This document shows positions 14,570 to 27,899 of a stretch of 64,000 nucleotides of DNA, piece by piece. Numbering within the stretch: position 1 is the first letter of the stretch; every line of letters begins with the position of its first letter. The stretch lies in contig OZ249436.1 of NCBI GenBank assembly GCA_965235115.1, positions 58,528,001 to 58,592,000 of the forward strand. The letters run 5' to 3'. Source of the stretch: Laetmonice hystrix (lineage: Eukaryota). The notes beneath the pieces were generated by a model that was given only the letters and a program-made list of their open reading frames with translations, was not told the origin of the DNA and did no database searches. Position numbers and translations under genes: made by a program.

Positions 14570-14900
14570 CTACTTTTCCCTCAGACACTTTGTACGCCTG
14601 ACCTCGCAAGATTAGCGCCGTGTTCAAAGCTTTGGCTCCAATAGGGCTACACTGTAAAGACAGCGGAAGGCTGGTTTTAATCTCCAGACGTTATGGGTCT
14701 CCTATCACATTTTTTAAAGTTGAAAAAGTCTTATTAGAACGAACTTTTGAAGGAATGCCATGCCTGATGGAAACCAACTTTATTGCAAGTGATTCCGTTC
14801 AAAGAAGTCGCTCTCTGTTCTGTGTTGCTTGGTTTGGATAAGACTAATTCATCAGGTGCTTGACCCGTACTGTCAAAACATTAATATGTAGTGTTAGAAT
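14570..14900 (+). mobile_element. Decayed CR1-type RT C-terminal fragment
   Basis: TFPSDTLY (FADDT position); IGL...LVLISRRYGSPITF...LLER; FIRCLTRTVKTLICSVR, all in one frame with 3 stops. Confidence 0.35.
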
Positions 14901-16977
14901 GAAAGGAGGGGATCTGCACTGGCAGCACCTGCCCAAGAGGCAGTGTAGCTGGCATCTGATCAAACTTTCCAAGCTCTGCATTTATTGATGGACCGTCTAA
15001 AGCCAGTCAAGCATCCGTTCATTTATTGCCAGAAACGCCCATTCATTTAGGAGCGTTGCATGCCATGGCTCGTGTCAAAGTCATCACCTTGGCGTATTGG
15101 GACTCGCACTACAGTATAAATCATACAAAGGATAAGAAACTGAATAAAAATGTATGCGATATATTCCTAAGGAAAAACAACCACTGACAAGTACAGTATT
15201 GATTCCGGATAACTTGCTTTGGGAAATATATATAATTAGACATAGGAATCTATTGTAGTGGTGAGATCAAAGGTACTAGATGTGCGATTATCTTGTTTTG
15301 TACTTCGTTCGGAAAAGGCACCGAGTTTAGCAGGAGAGTTCGTCAGCAATGTGAGGTGGGTTGAAGACTTAATTATCTGCTGCAGAACGTGAGAACCTTC
15401 TGAAAGAATATAATTGCTGAAAATAATGAAAATATGAGCGATTTCGTTCAGGGAGGGTTGGCCGGGCGAAATATGTTGGACCTATATGCATGATCTACTT
15501 ACTGACTGTTAGTACATGTACATTGTTCTAAGGCCACAGCACTGTCCCTCCCATCAGGTGAATGCCTTGAACAGGCGGTCGACTGGCATTGGATACACAG
15601 TATCAGTATCAACCAGAACAAAACTGTTATAATATCGTTGTCGCTATGTTTTATCAGCAGTCGACGAGAAATGGATCGAGAAAGAGCTTCGTAATCTATT
15701 ATTCTTTTTATTTCATAACTTTAATTACAACTGCTGTGTACTAATTGCGTTCGTTTGAGATAATTGATTCTGCTGCACGTTAGTACGTCACGTCCCCAGG
15801 TTTCTTGCCTTAAGATAACATGATGGTAGCAATTCGAATACGGTACCAACTTAACACAACTTTTCATTTTATGGTCATTTTCCTCCATGAAATACTTGTT
15901 TGAAAGTGAATGCGTCGGGACACATCACCTTAGAAATAAGCCGTTGCTGACTTTGACAAACACGACAAGTAAACCTTTGACTGTAGACGACAGTACATTG
16001 TGTTTTATGCACATGTTACTGTAATAAATTTCTAGCTTCAGAACACAACAATATATATTATTGACATTTATAACAGATGTGGATCAGTGGGGCAGAGCGA
16101 CCTTTAAACGTTATCGTTACAGATCTGGGATAGAAGGTCAGATGGCCATCTGCCGATAAACTATTGCCGTATATCTCCTGCCGATATTTTCATTGATATC
16201 TCACAGTAAATCTTACAATGTTTCACCTATATACAGAGTGAAATAACACTTTTTCGGCCGGCATGGGGCGGGGGGTGGCTTAGATGAATTAGTGCTGGTT
16301 GCTGCGACTAAATTATGGATGCGCATTGTCGTATTCTGGTGCAAATCTCCTGGTGTAGCAAGGCCCTTAGACAACAGCCCCTGGTGGCCACTATATGAAT
16401 TATTCTTCATTCGGACAAGCTCTTAATCTCAACCCCCAAACACCACGGGTAATCCCAACCCCTACCGGCAAATCTCAAAGTTGCATTACGTATTAATCTG
16501 GTTTTCCCATGGGAGAGGGTGTCAAACATTTAGATCCATTTAGTAGGTTAATAGAATGAGCCTAGGCATACGATGATGTATGCTTGGACCACTGCGTCCT
16601 AAGTGACAATATCGCTGTGGGTCAGGTGTACCCGGGTCGAGAGCCCGTGGGAAGACCAGTACAAAACCTGATCCCCACTCTTCTCTACCTTACCCCCACT
16701 CGCACTTTAAACGAATCTTAAAGCGGCCTCCCATTGGTCAAAGATATTAATCGCGGGAAAGTTATAATGTTTCAAGATAGCAGAAGAATTCTGTAGCATT
16801 GACTGTATAATAAGAGACTGCCTTGGCCAATTTTGCAGCCAACAAGTCTTCCCTAAGGAGTCAACTCCGAATAAACCTATAACAAAAATTTAAACTGATC
16901 CCTCTATATATGACAGAACCTACTTTTCCCCCTTGACTCGGTCACAGCGGATGCCACAGTCAAAGTGGAAGAACATA

Positions 16978-17199
16978 GAGTATGTCCCCCAAAAAATGAT
17001 AGTCTGTGTTCCATTTTCAAAAAGAGATGCTGGTTGTGATCAGTAATACGTGACCCTGTCAACACTAAACTTGCTGGGATTTATCTAGGAGGATCAAACT
17101 TTATGTTCAACTTCAAAATTCAAAATTCCACAATTCTCTAAAATATCTAAGTGTATTGCACACCTAAAGTTAGACTATCATTTTTTGGGGGACATACTG
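16978..17199. mobile_element. Tc1/mariner-type MITE, 222 bp, 28-bp TIRs, TA target-site duplication
   Basis: (G)AGTATGTCCCCCAAAAAATGATAGTCT at 16978-17005 versus AGACTATCATTTTTTGGGGGACATACTG at 17172-17199: 27/28 complementary; TA at 16976-16977 and 17200-17201. Confidence 0.88.
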
Positions 17200-17759
17200 T
17201 AGTTCTTGTACAGACATACCTCACAACATCGACCGTGAAGATCACCCATCCAGGGCTGCCATTGTGGGTATCTTTAAGGAAGGCCGGGTGGAATGTGTAG
17301 AAGGTAATAATCTAAACCATACTGTTCTAACGCCAGCCAATACTGTAATATGCCACAGTCGATCCTTACGTATTAGGTACATGGTATCCACGGTTCACTA
17401 AAACCGTATAGTTCACTAAAGTAACACTAAGTATAGCTTGAATGTAATTAGTTCATCAGAGATGTGAATTCTCCGATTTGCTTGATGGCGCCAGTTTCAT
17501 ATTGGTGGCGATTTACATATTTCCACCTTCATCCAGAGGTTTCTGCATTGAAGCAGCTGGAGATAAATGAGATACCTCAACTTCCTTGAGTCATATTTCA
17601 AACATCTGTCATGACTCTTTATAAAACTCGAAATCCGACTGGGTTATGAAAAACAGAGACCATTATTTAACGTAGAATTGGTGTTCGATCAGAATATATG
17701 TTGTTAAGTAATATTCTGCCGTCACGGTTGAAATTGCCTTTCCATGGGTTAGTTGAGCA

Positions 17760-17930
17760 AACATAATGGGAATCGCGATAAACTGTCTCTTATCTCAACA
17801 TTGCACCAGTTCAGTTCAGGCATGACCTTACCTGAGGCAGAATATTTCCTTTCTGGTGGAACAAAGAGGAAGAATTTCAAATCGAACCTACCCATCCAAT
17901 TACTCGGACCACAAACCACATCTAGTGACA
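17760..17930 (+). mobile_element. Possible decayed APE endonuclease C-terminus
   Basis: YPSNYSDHKPHLV contains the SDHxP motif (17904-17918). Confidence 0.25.
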
Positions 17931-18135
17931 ACCCTTTCCACTGGATCTATGTTTATGGCCGAGCTGTCCACTGACCTTGACGATACTCAAGGTGACATTG
18001 ACAGTGTTTAGAGAGAACCTGTGACAGCTAACGGTAATCCGATACGCTGTCAACAGATTTTAAGGACGGGCACCATTAACATTTTAATCCACTGAAGCGG
18101 GCGCTATGGAGAGAATTTGCTCACCGATGCCATAG

Positions 18136-18330
18136 GTGGTAATTCTCATATATCTTCACGTCTCGGATCAAGAGGTGTATTTAATGTCTCCCTGGGGGAA
18201 GTTGTGTGTGGAAGAAGTTGGCGAAAAACATGTACAATATTTGGGGCGTGACGACCGTTTATATACTGCTCTCACATGGTGGATATATGTGTCAGGTATT
18301 CGGCAAACAGCCCTTAACGACCGCCCCAAA
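18136..18330 (+). mobile_element. Decayed non-LTR RT C-terminal fragment
   Basis: VEEVGEKHVQYLGRDDRLYTALTWWIYV resembles ExVxxxKYLGxxxDxxLTWxxH. Confidence 0.35.
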
Positions 18331-19548
18331 CAAAGCTCCAAGTGTGATTGACCATGTCCTTGTAAGGTTACTCATCAATGTCGATGTTCATGAGAAGGAC
18401 ATTAAAGTTTCATTCAGACTCGCCTCAGCCAACATTTATGCCCAGTGCACAGTTCTTTAATGGTGGCAATGGTATTAATGTTGCAAGGAAGCTGCCATTA
18501 TGCCATAGATCACGGCCGGCACTTATGGGATTTGCCCCTTGCACGGCCCGTTAAGCATGGACTTCGGCTCACCGGGTGACCAGAAGAGATGGTTAAGGTG
18601 CACTGAGAGAGCAATAGGAGTACCTTTACGGGAGACACCGTGCCGGTTTGGATGTCACCAGTACCGTGTCATCTTTAGGCGAACGTTACCTGAGAGAGCG
18701 TGACTTGCTCAATGGAGAATGCACGCCTCAGTTGCGCTCCTTCAGCTGGAGTGGTTTTCGACTGTATGGCCTTCACTCTACATTAAACCCTGCCAGCATC
18801 AACTGTCCACATCTCAAACACACTTGTCTTGGGTGCAGAATCCCCTAACGGATAGCACTGGGACGCGGTGTCGAGCAATAGTAACATGCCGTGTGTTTGT
18901 TCAGGACATTGACAAGACAACATTTTCAAAAACTTTTTTTAAGCTTTTGCTATCATACCAATATTGCTGAGAAATATTCATATTCTAATGAAAGGTCCAT
19001 TTCTTTCACGCGCTTTCCATATGAATGTGCGACGCTCCTTTCCGTGTTTGCATTTTAAACAAAACGTAAATATTTAATTAATTTTTCACGGATTAAAGTG
19101 TAAAACTGATGGAGCTCCTCGCTGACAATAGTCTCCGAAGCAGGTGGAATGTCGAACGATGTATGAAGATGTGAAGATGGATGAGGTGATAAAGTAACAT
19201 CTTATTGTGTTCTGTCAGGGGATGAAAGATGTTGCTCTTCAGTGCATCTTTACAACAGGAATGGGGATGTGACCTAGAGGTTAATGGAACACTTGTGAGT
19301 TGAGTTCCTTTAACTAGTACGAGGCGACAAGTGTCCCAGCCCTGAGACCTCAACAACATCATGGTTGGCAGGCAGGATAACGACAAACTGTCAAACACCC
19401 AGGTCAGGTCAAGGCAGGGTAAACAGACATTTTGAGTAGTTGGTCACATCTCTTTCTGTTTCTAAGGCCACGTTATTGCTAATTTACACTAACGAGTTAT
19501 CATTAATAGTTTTTTAAACCAAATAAGGCAAAAGGAAATCCCTACAAA

Positions 19549-19574
19549 GTTATTCTACGTCGTTATTCTACGTC
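19549..19574. repeat. 13-bp perfect tandem duplication GTTATTCTACGTC x2
   Basis: Direct reading of the sequence. Confidence 0.8.
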
Positions 19575-19582
19575 GTACAGAC

Positions 19583-19640
19583 CACTGGCGGATCCAGGAT
19601 TTCACTAGAGGTGTGTGTGTGTGGGGGGGGGGGGGAGGGC
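19583..19640 (+). mobile_element. Solo left end of the CAGTGGCGGATCCAGGATTT element family
   Basis: CACTGGCGGATCCAGGATTTCA followed by a G-rich tract, matching the termini of 20553-20711. Confidence 0.55.
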
Positions 19641-20149
19641 ACAGGAAAACAAGTCATGATTGTTTGCATTACTAAAGCTCTTTTGTTGTATGTAGGACCT
19701 CAGTGTAATAAGTTAAACCATCTGCTTCATCATGTCCACTCATGTCCTAAGATGTACCAGTGTTGTAAATATGACAAAATTAGAGAAGCTAGCTTTGGAA
19801 TCTATAATTGACGGTACAACAGGCGCCCTGATTTCTACTATTTGTTATGATACACAGGACCAGTATAGGAGGGCGTGAGTGGACCATGCACGGACCGACG
19901 ATAAACAGACAATGGTTTCATTCCTGTCACTGATGTATGGTACCCATACGTCTGTGACGCCATACACTTTACATAAGTGATTTCTAAATGAATCCATATC
20001 AAAGAATCATCATCTGTCACAGATCATCGACAGAATCCTTTTTTCAAATACTGCCCTCAGGCCGTGAGCGTCATCAGAAACTCGACTGCACTTCATTCAA
20101 ACGGACAGGATGATGTCCTGCAGAAATGTTGATGATGCACACAACTAGC

Positions 20150-20515
20150 CGGACTCGAGGTACAGTCACTGGAAGGTATCATAAAGGGGGGTTGTTCTAA
20201 CCACTGCTAACGTTAAACTGGTGGAATATGCGTGTATATCAGTTGTGATTATTGAGTGAGAATGGCAGAGTGCCAAATCTCTACCACTGTCAGTGGCGGT
20301 GTTATTGTAAGCCGATGACCACTCCATGTGCTGGTTTCCCATGAGGCGCCGCAGAGTAGCCCATGTACAGCGCTGAGTGATATTTTGCAATGATATTTAC
20401 AAGTTAGTCCAAACTGTTGTAGGATTTTAGCATCATATCCGAACCTTTCGAGAGCCAAGAATGACAATGTTATTCTCACCCAGTAATAAACTCCTGCGCA
20501 ACCGTACTGTATGGT
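20150..20515 (-). mobile_element. Decayed L1/Tx1-type RT fragment
   Basis: W..ITLSFLALERFGYDAKILQ...VHG resembles W.Fx..xLExFGFxxxFIxW...NG; followed by PLTVVEI. Confidence 0.3.
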
Positions 20516-20552
20516 TACCACTTTAAAAACACAATATTATTTTAGGACCAGG

Positions 20553-20711
20553 CAGTGGCGGATTCAGGGGGGGTAGGGGATTTACCCCCCCCCCCAGCCT
20601 ATTTTTCTTTTTGCTCCATTGAACTTTCTGACTTGACCATGTTAAACCCCCCTACAGCAAATTCTTCCCCTAACCCCCCCCCCCCTTACCAAAATCCTGG
20701 ATCTGCCCCTG
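20553..20711. mobile_element. Short TIR element, CAG(T/G)GGCGGAT(T/C)CAGG family (hAT/Tip100-like termini), 159 bp, with poly-C/G interior
   Basis: CAGTGGCGGATTCAGG (20553-20568) versus CCTGGATCTGCCCCTG (20696-20711): 13/16 complementary; no clear TSD. Confidence 0.7.
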
Positions 20712-21945
20712 TCAGGGATAACTGAAAGGTCTTATGACAGCGTGGTTACCTGATTTTATGTTTTAAAAACAAAAAATGTTTGGTGGTGGAAGGCAAGTAC
20801 AAACAGTTCACTGAAATTTGATACGCCTCGAGAGTGATCAGACCGTCCTCTCAGACATCAAGATATCTCGAAAAGCCAGAGAAGAAACTGGCGCTTGTTA
20901 CGCATAGATAGGATTTCCGTCTCTAGAGGTGAGATTAGGAGGGGATTAGTTAGGTAGAAAAGATAATCCTTCTTAAGGCACTTTCGACGATGATGCGTCT
21001 GAAGGAAGAGGAGCAGTTCCATCCTTAGTTCAGCAGAAGTTGCCTGTTCAGTCTCGGGTTTGAACGTTGTAGAACAAAAAATAGACTAAGTATTCTCCCG
21101 GGGAAACTCCTGTATGTGAGACCTGAAGGTGTGTAGATGTAGCTTGCCGTATGTTCTAAAATTATTGTGAGAATTGCATAGAAGGGACGTCATATTATTA
21201 TGAAACTATAGGATATTAGCTTTGAAAAGCTGGGGCTTATATATCCCTTGTGTCATTATATATTATTCTTCTGGGTACAACCACAGAATATGCGGGGTTT
21301 GATAATCTGGGAAACATGGGAAGAGTCAAATACATTTTACACAAGAGTAGGCCATTACTCCAAATCGAATTTTCCAAATCCTTATACCATTTTCCGAATC
21401 CTTCAGAAGTATATTTGGTTTAACGGGTCTGCATGATCAATGAGACGACGGCAGTTTGACGGATGACGTTGTGTTCCAAGGGCTCTTACGTTGAAGATAG
21501 AACCTTAATGTTAGAAGCTACCACAAGGCACAAGGGCATGCCAATCACAAGTGGGTCGCCCTTTCCCGAGGTATATCTGTCCTGATCAGTGTTAACTCGT
21601 GATTTATGCGTCTACCCGGCTCCGACTGCCCACGCTGTTTGGCATTAATGGCCACGCTCCACCGGAACTGAAGAGCAATAACCACAGACCATTGGCACTT
21701 CGAGTGCCTACTGTGGTGGAAGGCACACTGCCCTTTCAGTGGCCACTCCTCGAGCACACATATATGGCCTGCCACTTAGAGGTGTGGAGATCTGTATCAG
21801 GGGGATGTAGTGTTGATTGGTCAACATACCAAAACGTCCACATATCATAGAAACGTTTGATTGACTTGATGGCTTTATCCGAGAGCTTTACCTCGCAACT
21901 TCCGATCACTGTCCCAGCGCTGGTCTCACTCCTCCTTAACCCGTT

Positions 21946-21990
21946 CAGTGGCAGATCCAGGATTTCAGGAAAGGGAGGGGGGACACCTTG
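21946..21990 (+). mobile_element. Solo left end of the CAGTGGCGGATCCAGGATTT element family
   Basis: CAGTGGCAGATCCAGGATTTCAGG followed by a G-rich tract. Confidence 0.55.
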
Positions 21991-22900
21991 CCATAGAAGG
22001 TAGTAAACGACTGTTCGGAAAATGACAGAGCCAGGAAACCCCACGAGTAAAAAACTCAAGGCTGCTTCATCTTTCGGAGGCACTCCTTCTATCTCATTAA
22101 TATGCATCATAATTTTTCGCATGTTCTTGAAATTATCATCAGTCAAGTGGCCTTATGTATAATAGATGTTATTTTCCAACCTGGACCCATCGTCGCAATC
22201 CCTTTTTGGGAGTTTTACGTTTCAGAATTCGTTTGAAACTACATTGTATGCAATTCAGGTTTCCGTTAGTAATGAAATGTTTAACCAAAGACAGTCTTGT
22301 TTTTCTTGTTCAGAATTTCTATAGAAAAAATGACCTCGCTAAAAGTATCTCTGTAAAAATGTTGCTCCCCTTCCATGTCAAAATTATCTCAGTGTTACTG
22401 CAAAAGTCATTTCCCCGAAGCATAGCTGTCTACAGTAGAAGCACTGTACTAATCTGTCTTGGTACCTAATTTCATCCCTGTGGAATTGTTGCGAAAATCT
22501 ACTTTTTCCATTCTGTCGAAACAATAACGCGGAAATAATTTGTTGCAAATAGATGTTTTCCCTTCTGCATCATCTGCTTACAGTGCACTGTCTAACATAA
22601 TTTTCGGTCTCATTCATTCATGGCGATCAGAAAGCTGTCAGTGTGTTGGGATCGTAATTGCTTTGGAAGGTCGGTATTGTGCCACAATGTACTGCTAGTA
22701 TGGAATTTGATGCCTGTCTTTGTCTGGGCCATAGTAGCTAGGGATTGGTTCTTTGTATAGGATGGTGAAATTCCATACATCTCTAGCTCTTCTTTTGCCT
22801 AACTCCTTCATAAAGTGTAGTATGAACTCACAAGTAATAATGGCAGCATAGGATGTCAGAGTTTGACATTGAAATAAAGAATTTTCAATTATTTCAGTGC
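21990..22900 (-). mobile_element. Decayed L2/CR1-type ORF2 (RT core to C-terminus) with stops and frameshifts
   Basis: Colinear remnants: ILHFMKELG...W...SY...RHQ; FLIAMNE; L*ADD (YADD with TAC>TAA); about 30 aa later GMKLGTKT; LTWK; RKTRLSLVKHFI; VIFRTVVYYLLWQGVPP (L2-like RIxFKxLxxxYKxLxGxAP). By-eye only. Confidence 0.45.
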
Positions 22901-24488
22901 TAATTATTGTGGCCACTTGTCTAATGTCTCGAAATGCATACGTTAAAAGGAGCATGGTTCGGATGTTCTAAAACAGAACAAAACATAACAAGAAATATTT
23001 AGACTTGCTCGTGATGCATCTAAATTTAAGTTTTTCGTTCATACAGAACATCTTAATGACAAGTTGGTTGCATTTTTTCAAGTAAGACTTTGATGTCCGA
23101 TTTTGAAAGGCACTGGTGATTCTTCGAGAATGATTATACATTTACTTCAAGGGTGAACAATATAGTCTTAAAAGTATTCTATTCTATGGTGCCGTACTTC
23201 CCATGGAGTTACAAAGGTCACTGTCTGCATTCACTTTGTGTGGGGCCTGTTCTATGTAAGTTCCTTGTGGCAGTTCTCATAGGACCAACTGAATCAATCT
23301 GAGCTAATTACTTCATATTGCCATTGTACATATTCTTTCGTAATGGAATTTTATATTAAACGGTGACTTGTGAGAAGAATTAATCTGTTTTTGAGACGAT
23401 GTAGGATATTCCAACCTTTAAAATGTCATAATATAAGTTAATTAGTGAGATATTGTGTACTGATACCTTACACAATGTCTTTCCCCATTTTAATGACTTT
23501 TCCGCCATTAATTTGACAGAACTCTCCGAAGCAGACGGCGATAATATGCCCTACTGAAGATGTTAATTGAGCTGTGGATGAAGGAACGAGAGTAACAAAA
23601 CAAGTTTCTTATCAAGACATGATATATTAACAACAGGATGGGGATCTAGCATTAATTAATTAATAACCCAAACTTTTTTCAGTGGGGTTTGACAGTATGC
23701 ACGAAGGTTAGTTTTAACAATGTCGTAGCTTTAGTCAGCGAATTTACGCTGACATTTTCCAAACAAAACACGACCATATAGCAGTTGTGTTCAGCTTTTC
23801 AAGTGGCATTTTGTGTACATGTTTCAAGCATCTTTTAAACTGAATATTAAGAAGGACACGGTTAAAGCCTACAGATGTTATCAATTATAATAACCACAAT
23901 AACAAATCGTGTTGAATATGAATTAAAGTGTGTGGTCCATGAAAGTGATTTTAATGTACCACACCAATATCAATTGATCGTCAAAGGGTAGGGTTACTTT
24001 GGAGGGAGGCCTTTTGATATAGCTGAATAACAGGCCAAACAGTGGACCATTGTAAAGTCCCGTCGGAGATCGCAGGAATCAATATTAATAATAAGATATT
24101 TTCTAAACACGTATTAAATCAGGGCGACATTCAAATTTGAATTCAACAATGGCCTTTAGAATAGATACTCATTATTATGTTGTATTCTGTTTTAGTTCCT
24201 ATAGATGTCAAATATCAAACATCCTTGGTCTTACGTTAAATCTAGCGGTCAGAAATATTGAAACAGAATCCCCTACAAGGATTTCGATGTTTGGTACTGG
24301 TCAAGGTTTGAATTCAATAATATACACCTTATCATTCATGTACACAATACAGACATATTTCACATTCAGAATAACCCACTTATATTGTTTATGTTGGACT
24401 GCATAGAATCGTTTGGCTTTTTTTGGGCTTGAAGCCATTTTATAGGGAAGGTATTGATAAGCAGCTACCAGGTGTAAACCATATTTAC

Positions 24489-24527
24489 CTGTACATCCGA
24501 TTCTAGGCTTAGAAATGGCCAACTTAC
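24489..24527 (-). other. Candidate 39-nt exon or recursive (AG|GT) splice site
   Basis: Minus strand: tttgtttttctgtctttccag|GTAAGT...TACAG|gtaaat. Confidence 0.22.
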
Positions 24528-25729
24528 CTGGAAAGACAGAAAAACAAATCCGATTATAACAATGTGGGTATTTATCTTCAGCAAAACAATACTGTCATAA
24601 CGGTGTAAAAATAATTTGAGCAGACTTTGTAGTAGTACCGGTATTAATGATTGGATGAAGAGCAGTTGTTGACATATCTTTCTCAGCGTTAGTATAGGTA
24701 AACTCAAGGTTGTCGCTAGTGTTTTGTTTTCCTTGATGTAGTTTTGTGACACATGGCAGTGTTACCACATTGGTTTGCCCAGCACACACTGCCGTTATCA
24801 CGATTAGCCAGTTTTAAACCGTCCTCCTCCCGTTTCTAACGAACTCGATCCAATCACGGGCCACTGGTGCTTTCTCTTAGCGTTTGATTTAGCAGTATGA
24901 AGTTAAGATATCTTGAAAAGGTAAAAACATTCCGTCTTTTCAATTGTCCTCCCATAAGAAGGCGTTTCTGACAGGTTGTTTGTTTGAGTGATGCCATATC
25001 AACAGAAAAAGACATGTGAGAAATCTGTCTTCGATGCGGTATTCACGCTCAGAATTAAGTTGACGAGAGAAAAACGTAAATTGCATTGATTGACAATTGT
25101 TTGCGAAACATTGGTTATTTTTTCACACGCAGTACAGGTCTTCAGAAGAATGAAACATGTTTGAAATGTGTTAATATCTCATTAAGTTTTAGAGTTCGAT
25201 CCATGAAATGATAATATTCTAGGGGGAATCCTCCCAGACAGGCTGATGAAACACCCTTGCCTTTATTGTTTACACAGGAATCAATATGTGGGGCAGAGGT
25301 AAATGTCCTTTATTTGGTGTGGTGCGGGATTTAATTCTGGACTTGGTGCTAGGCCTGGCCTTGCCCTTCTCTTTAACTGTCTTATGTTGATGGACAGCGT
25401 GTCAGCTACTACAAAATTAGTGTCTGAATGGTGAGTTCCTCCCCTTATTGCTCATGATTCCAAGGTTTTGTGCTCGCTGAAATCCCCCCCCCAACTCGGT
25501 GTAGTTAATTAGCAAAGGCATTGTTAACCTGATGTGGAAGGGTGTACTCGGCCATTCTCCGATGCAAATCACCAGGAATAATTAGCTCTATCATCAATGC
25601 CACATCAAACCTTCCACGAATTGGCGGGAGGTAATTAGACTCATGATAGATTCCCAAGATCAAATTGGAGTAAAAAAGTGGTGTAAAAGGCTCCATATTT
25701 GAGTTTGGTTCTAACTAAGCAACAGAAAT

Positions 25730-26325
25730 GTGGAAGTAATCAAGAGCATGCAGAAAAAGTATTTTATGGTGATTGCCGTCTTCAGTCTCGAGCAGTTCAG
25801 TGCACTCATCCCAGTGCACGATATAGCGGGTTGTAGCGATAGTGTAACTTACCTCATGTTCATGTCACGAGGTCAACTCACTATTCCTAACTTTACAGGG
25901 TGGTTGAGGACACATGGTGTTGTCGTGAAATTACACACGGGAGAACACTACATCGGCATGCCTTGTAGTTTTGTCATAATGTACAAACTAGGCAGCCTAC
26001 TAATATAGCCATTATCTCTACTGACAGCATTTGGTCTCATACTGAGGGCTCCAGCAAGTAGTACGATTATGAAAATGTCAGCTCGGTTGATTGTGTTAGA
26101 AGCTATTCAAGGCAATCAGGCATGCTTGCTGCACATGCTTAGGCTTCTTTTTTGATGTCACTTCGTTAATTATGATCGAATGTTAGAGATGATGGCTGCT
26201 GTGATTGAATCTGAGAGACGCTCTTGTTATGGTGATGAGAAAAATGTACATTTCCTCATGCAGACAGTCTTCAATTTTGAGTGTTGGAGAGTTAAACAAG
26301 TGCCGTCATGTATCCAATGGTATTA
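25730..26325 (+). mobile_element. Possible decayed Academ (AcademX)-type transposase XPG-like region
   Basis: About 200 codons in one frame with 2 internal stops; SLEQFSALIPVHDIAGCSDSV (SALxxxHAxxGCD) and, about 86 aa later, LEAIQGNQACLLHMLR (LPPTxxALxxHxxR). Confidence 0.3.
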
Positions 26326-26619
26326 AAAAAATCCTGTGGGGAAGGATGGTATTGGTACATCTCGGTGGTATTGTCACAGTATTTGTGCAACCTTTTAATA
26401 CAGGTGAGTAGGTATCTTTGTAATATCTGTTTATTTATTTCTTTATAAACAAATGTTGCATTCTTATTAACTAGGTTATACTAGACCAAGTTTAGCAAAC
26501 ATATTATTTAGACTGCCAAGCCCCCTGTCTCTATTATAAATTCTCGGCGAACACAGAAGATTAATTGTCAGGTGCAAGCCAGCAGTTGTGCAACATTTCA
26601 TGGCTGTATGGTTGATTAG

Positions 26620-26790
26620 CTCGACAGTGAGGCAGTGCTTGCAATGGAAGGTGCCAGTTCAGCAATCAGGTGAACAAGTGCATCTGTACCATTCTTCCAG
26701 CTCAGCCACTCATACATAGATTAGATCTGAAGGCGCATCTTTTTTTAACAAACACAAGTAAAATTCATCTTCAGAGGTGCTTCAGATGAG
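26620..26790 (-). mobile_element. Possible decayed L2-type RT N-terminal fragment
   Basis: TSEDEF...LLKKDAPSDL then, frameshifted, WLSWKNGTDALVHLIAELAPSI. Confidence 0.28.
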
Positions 26791-27899
26791 CTGTATTGAA
26801 GTACCATAACTATGAGTGCAGAGATGTTGTACTACCTCAGTGGCTGACAGACAGGTTCAGACGTGGCCATTGACTCTCGACTGTAAAAGTCGTCATCACG
26901 AGTTGTGTGGACATGACCCCCCGTCATAAGCATAAGTAGGTAGCTAAGTCTCTTCATTCTTAGCTAACATGTTTCAAATATTTATCCTCTACACCTTGCT
27001 TTATCATCAGATATTCAAAATTTCAAAGATATGCCTACGTATTTGAAAATCTAGATGGGTTTTGAATTAAGGAGACACCCCAAACTCCACCCGCGCCCAC
27101 CTCCAGGAAAAAGGCACAGCTTATCACCAGCTGTTTCATGCAGTTACAGTGCAAGTGCTACAATCTGTATTTTACCTTCAGGCTAGCTGTAAAGTCATTG
27201 TGCCCAAGTGCTTGGGTTTGTGTGCCAAAGAATCAGAAGACGAGAGCAAATGCATTCGGTCTCTCAGAAGGTTTGCATCGGTGACGAACCTGGATTGTGT
27301 CCCAGTCCTGTTCTGTGCCGGACTCAAACATTATCACCTCGGGCAACACTGCTCTTTGTTATGTTATAATTGGGAAATCCTAGATGCTTATTGTCGAAAA
27401 TAAATTCTACATATATGTAGAAATGAATAAAGTAAGCTGTTCATTCAGGACTATTGGATGGTGGATTTTTCCAGCTTTGTAACCTTTAGAGATCCGTAAT
27501 AAGGAGTGCAGGTTGTTGTATAAAGGATACTAGTAGGACCATGACCTCTCTCATATTTCCTCTTCGCGTTATTCGAGCTAAACCTTTTAAAAGTAGTACT
27601 ACCGAGGGGCCCTGGATCTGTAACGGACAATAACCATCGTTCTGTGTGGGTTTGATTGTTGGTGAAGGCGGCGCCAGAAAGAAGAGGGTTAAGGCCCTTC
27701 CACCCAGCCATAATATCCTTGGATATTAATAAACTACACTCACGCAGGTACTGCTCGCATACTAATAAGTATAGCGTTCATAAATAACTCTCTTAGGTCC
27801 GTTCAGAATATTTTCAGTATCATTTGCAAATTAAACGGCGGAGAAATGAATGATGCCTGGGCCATTTTACTATGGTTTCCAGTCATTCAAAGCAATATG

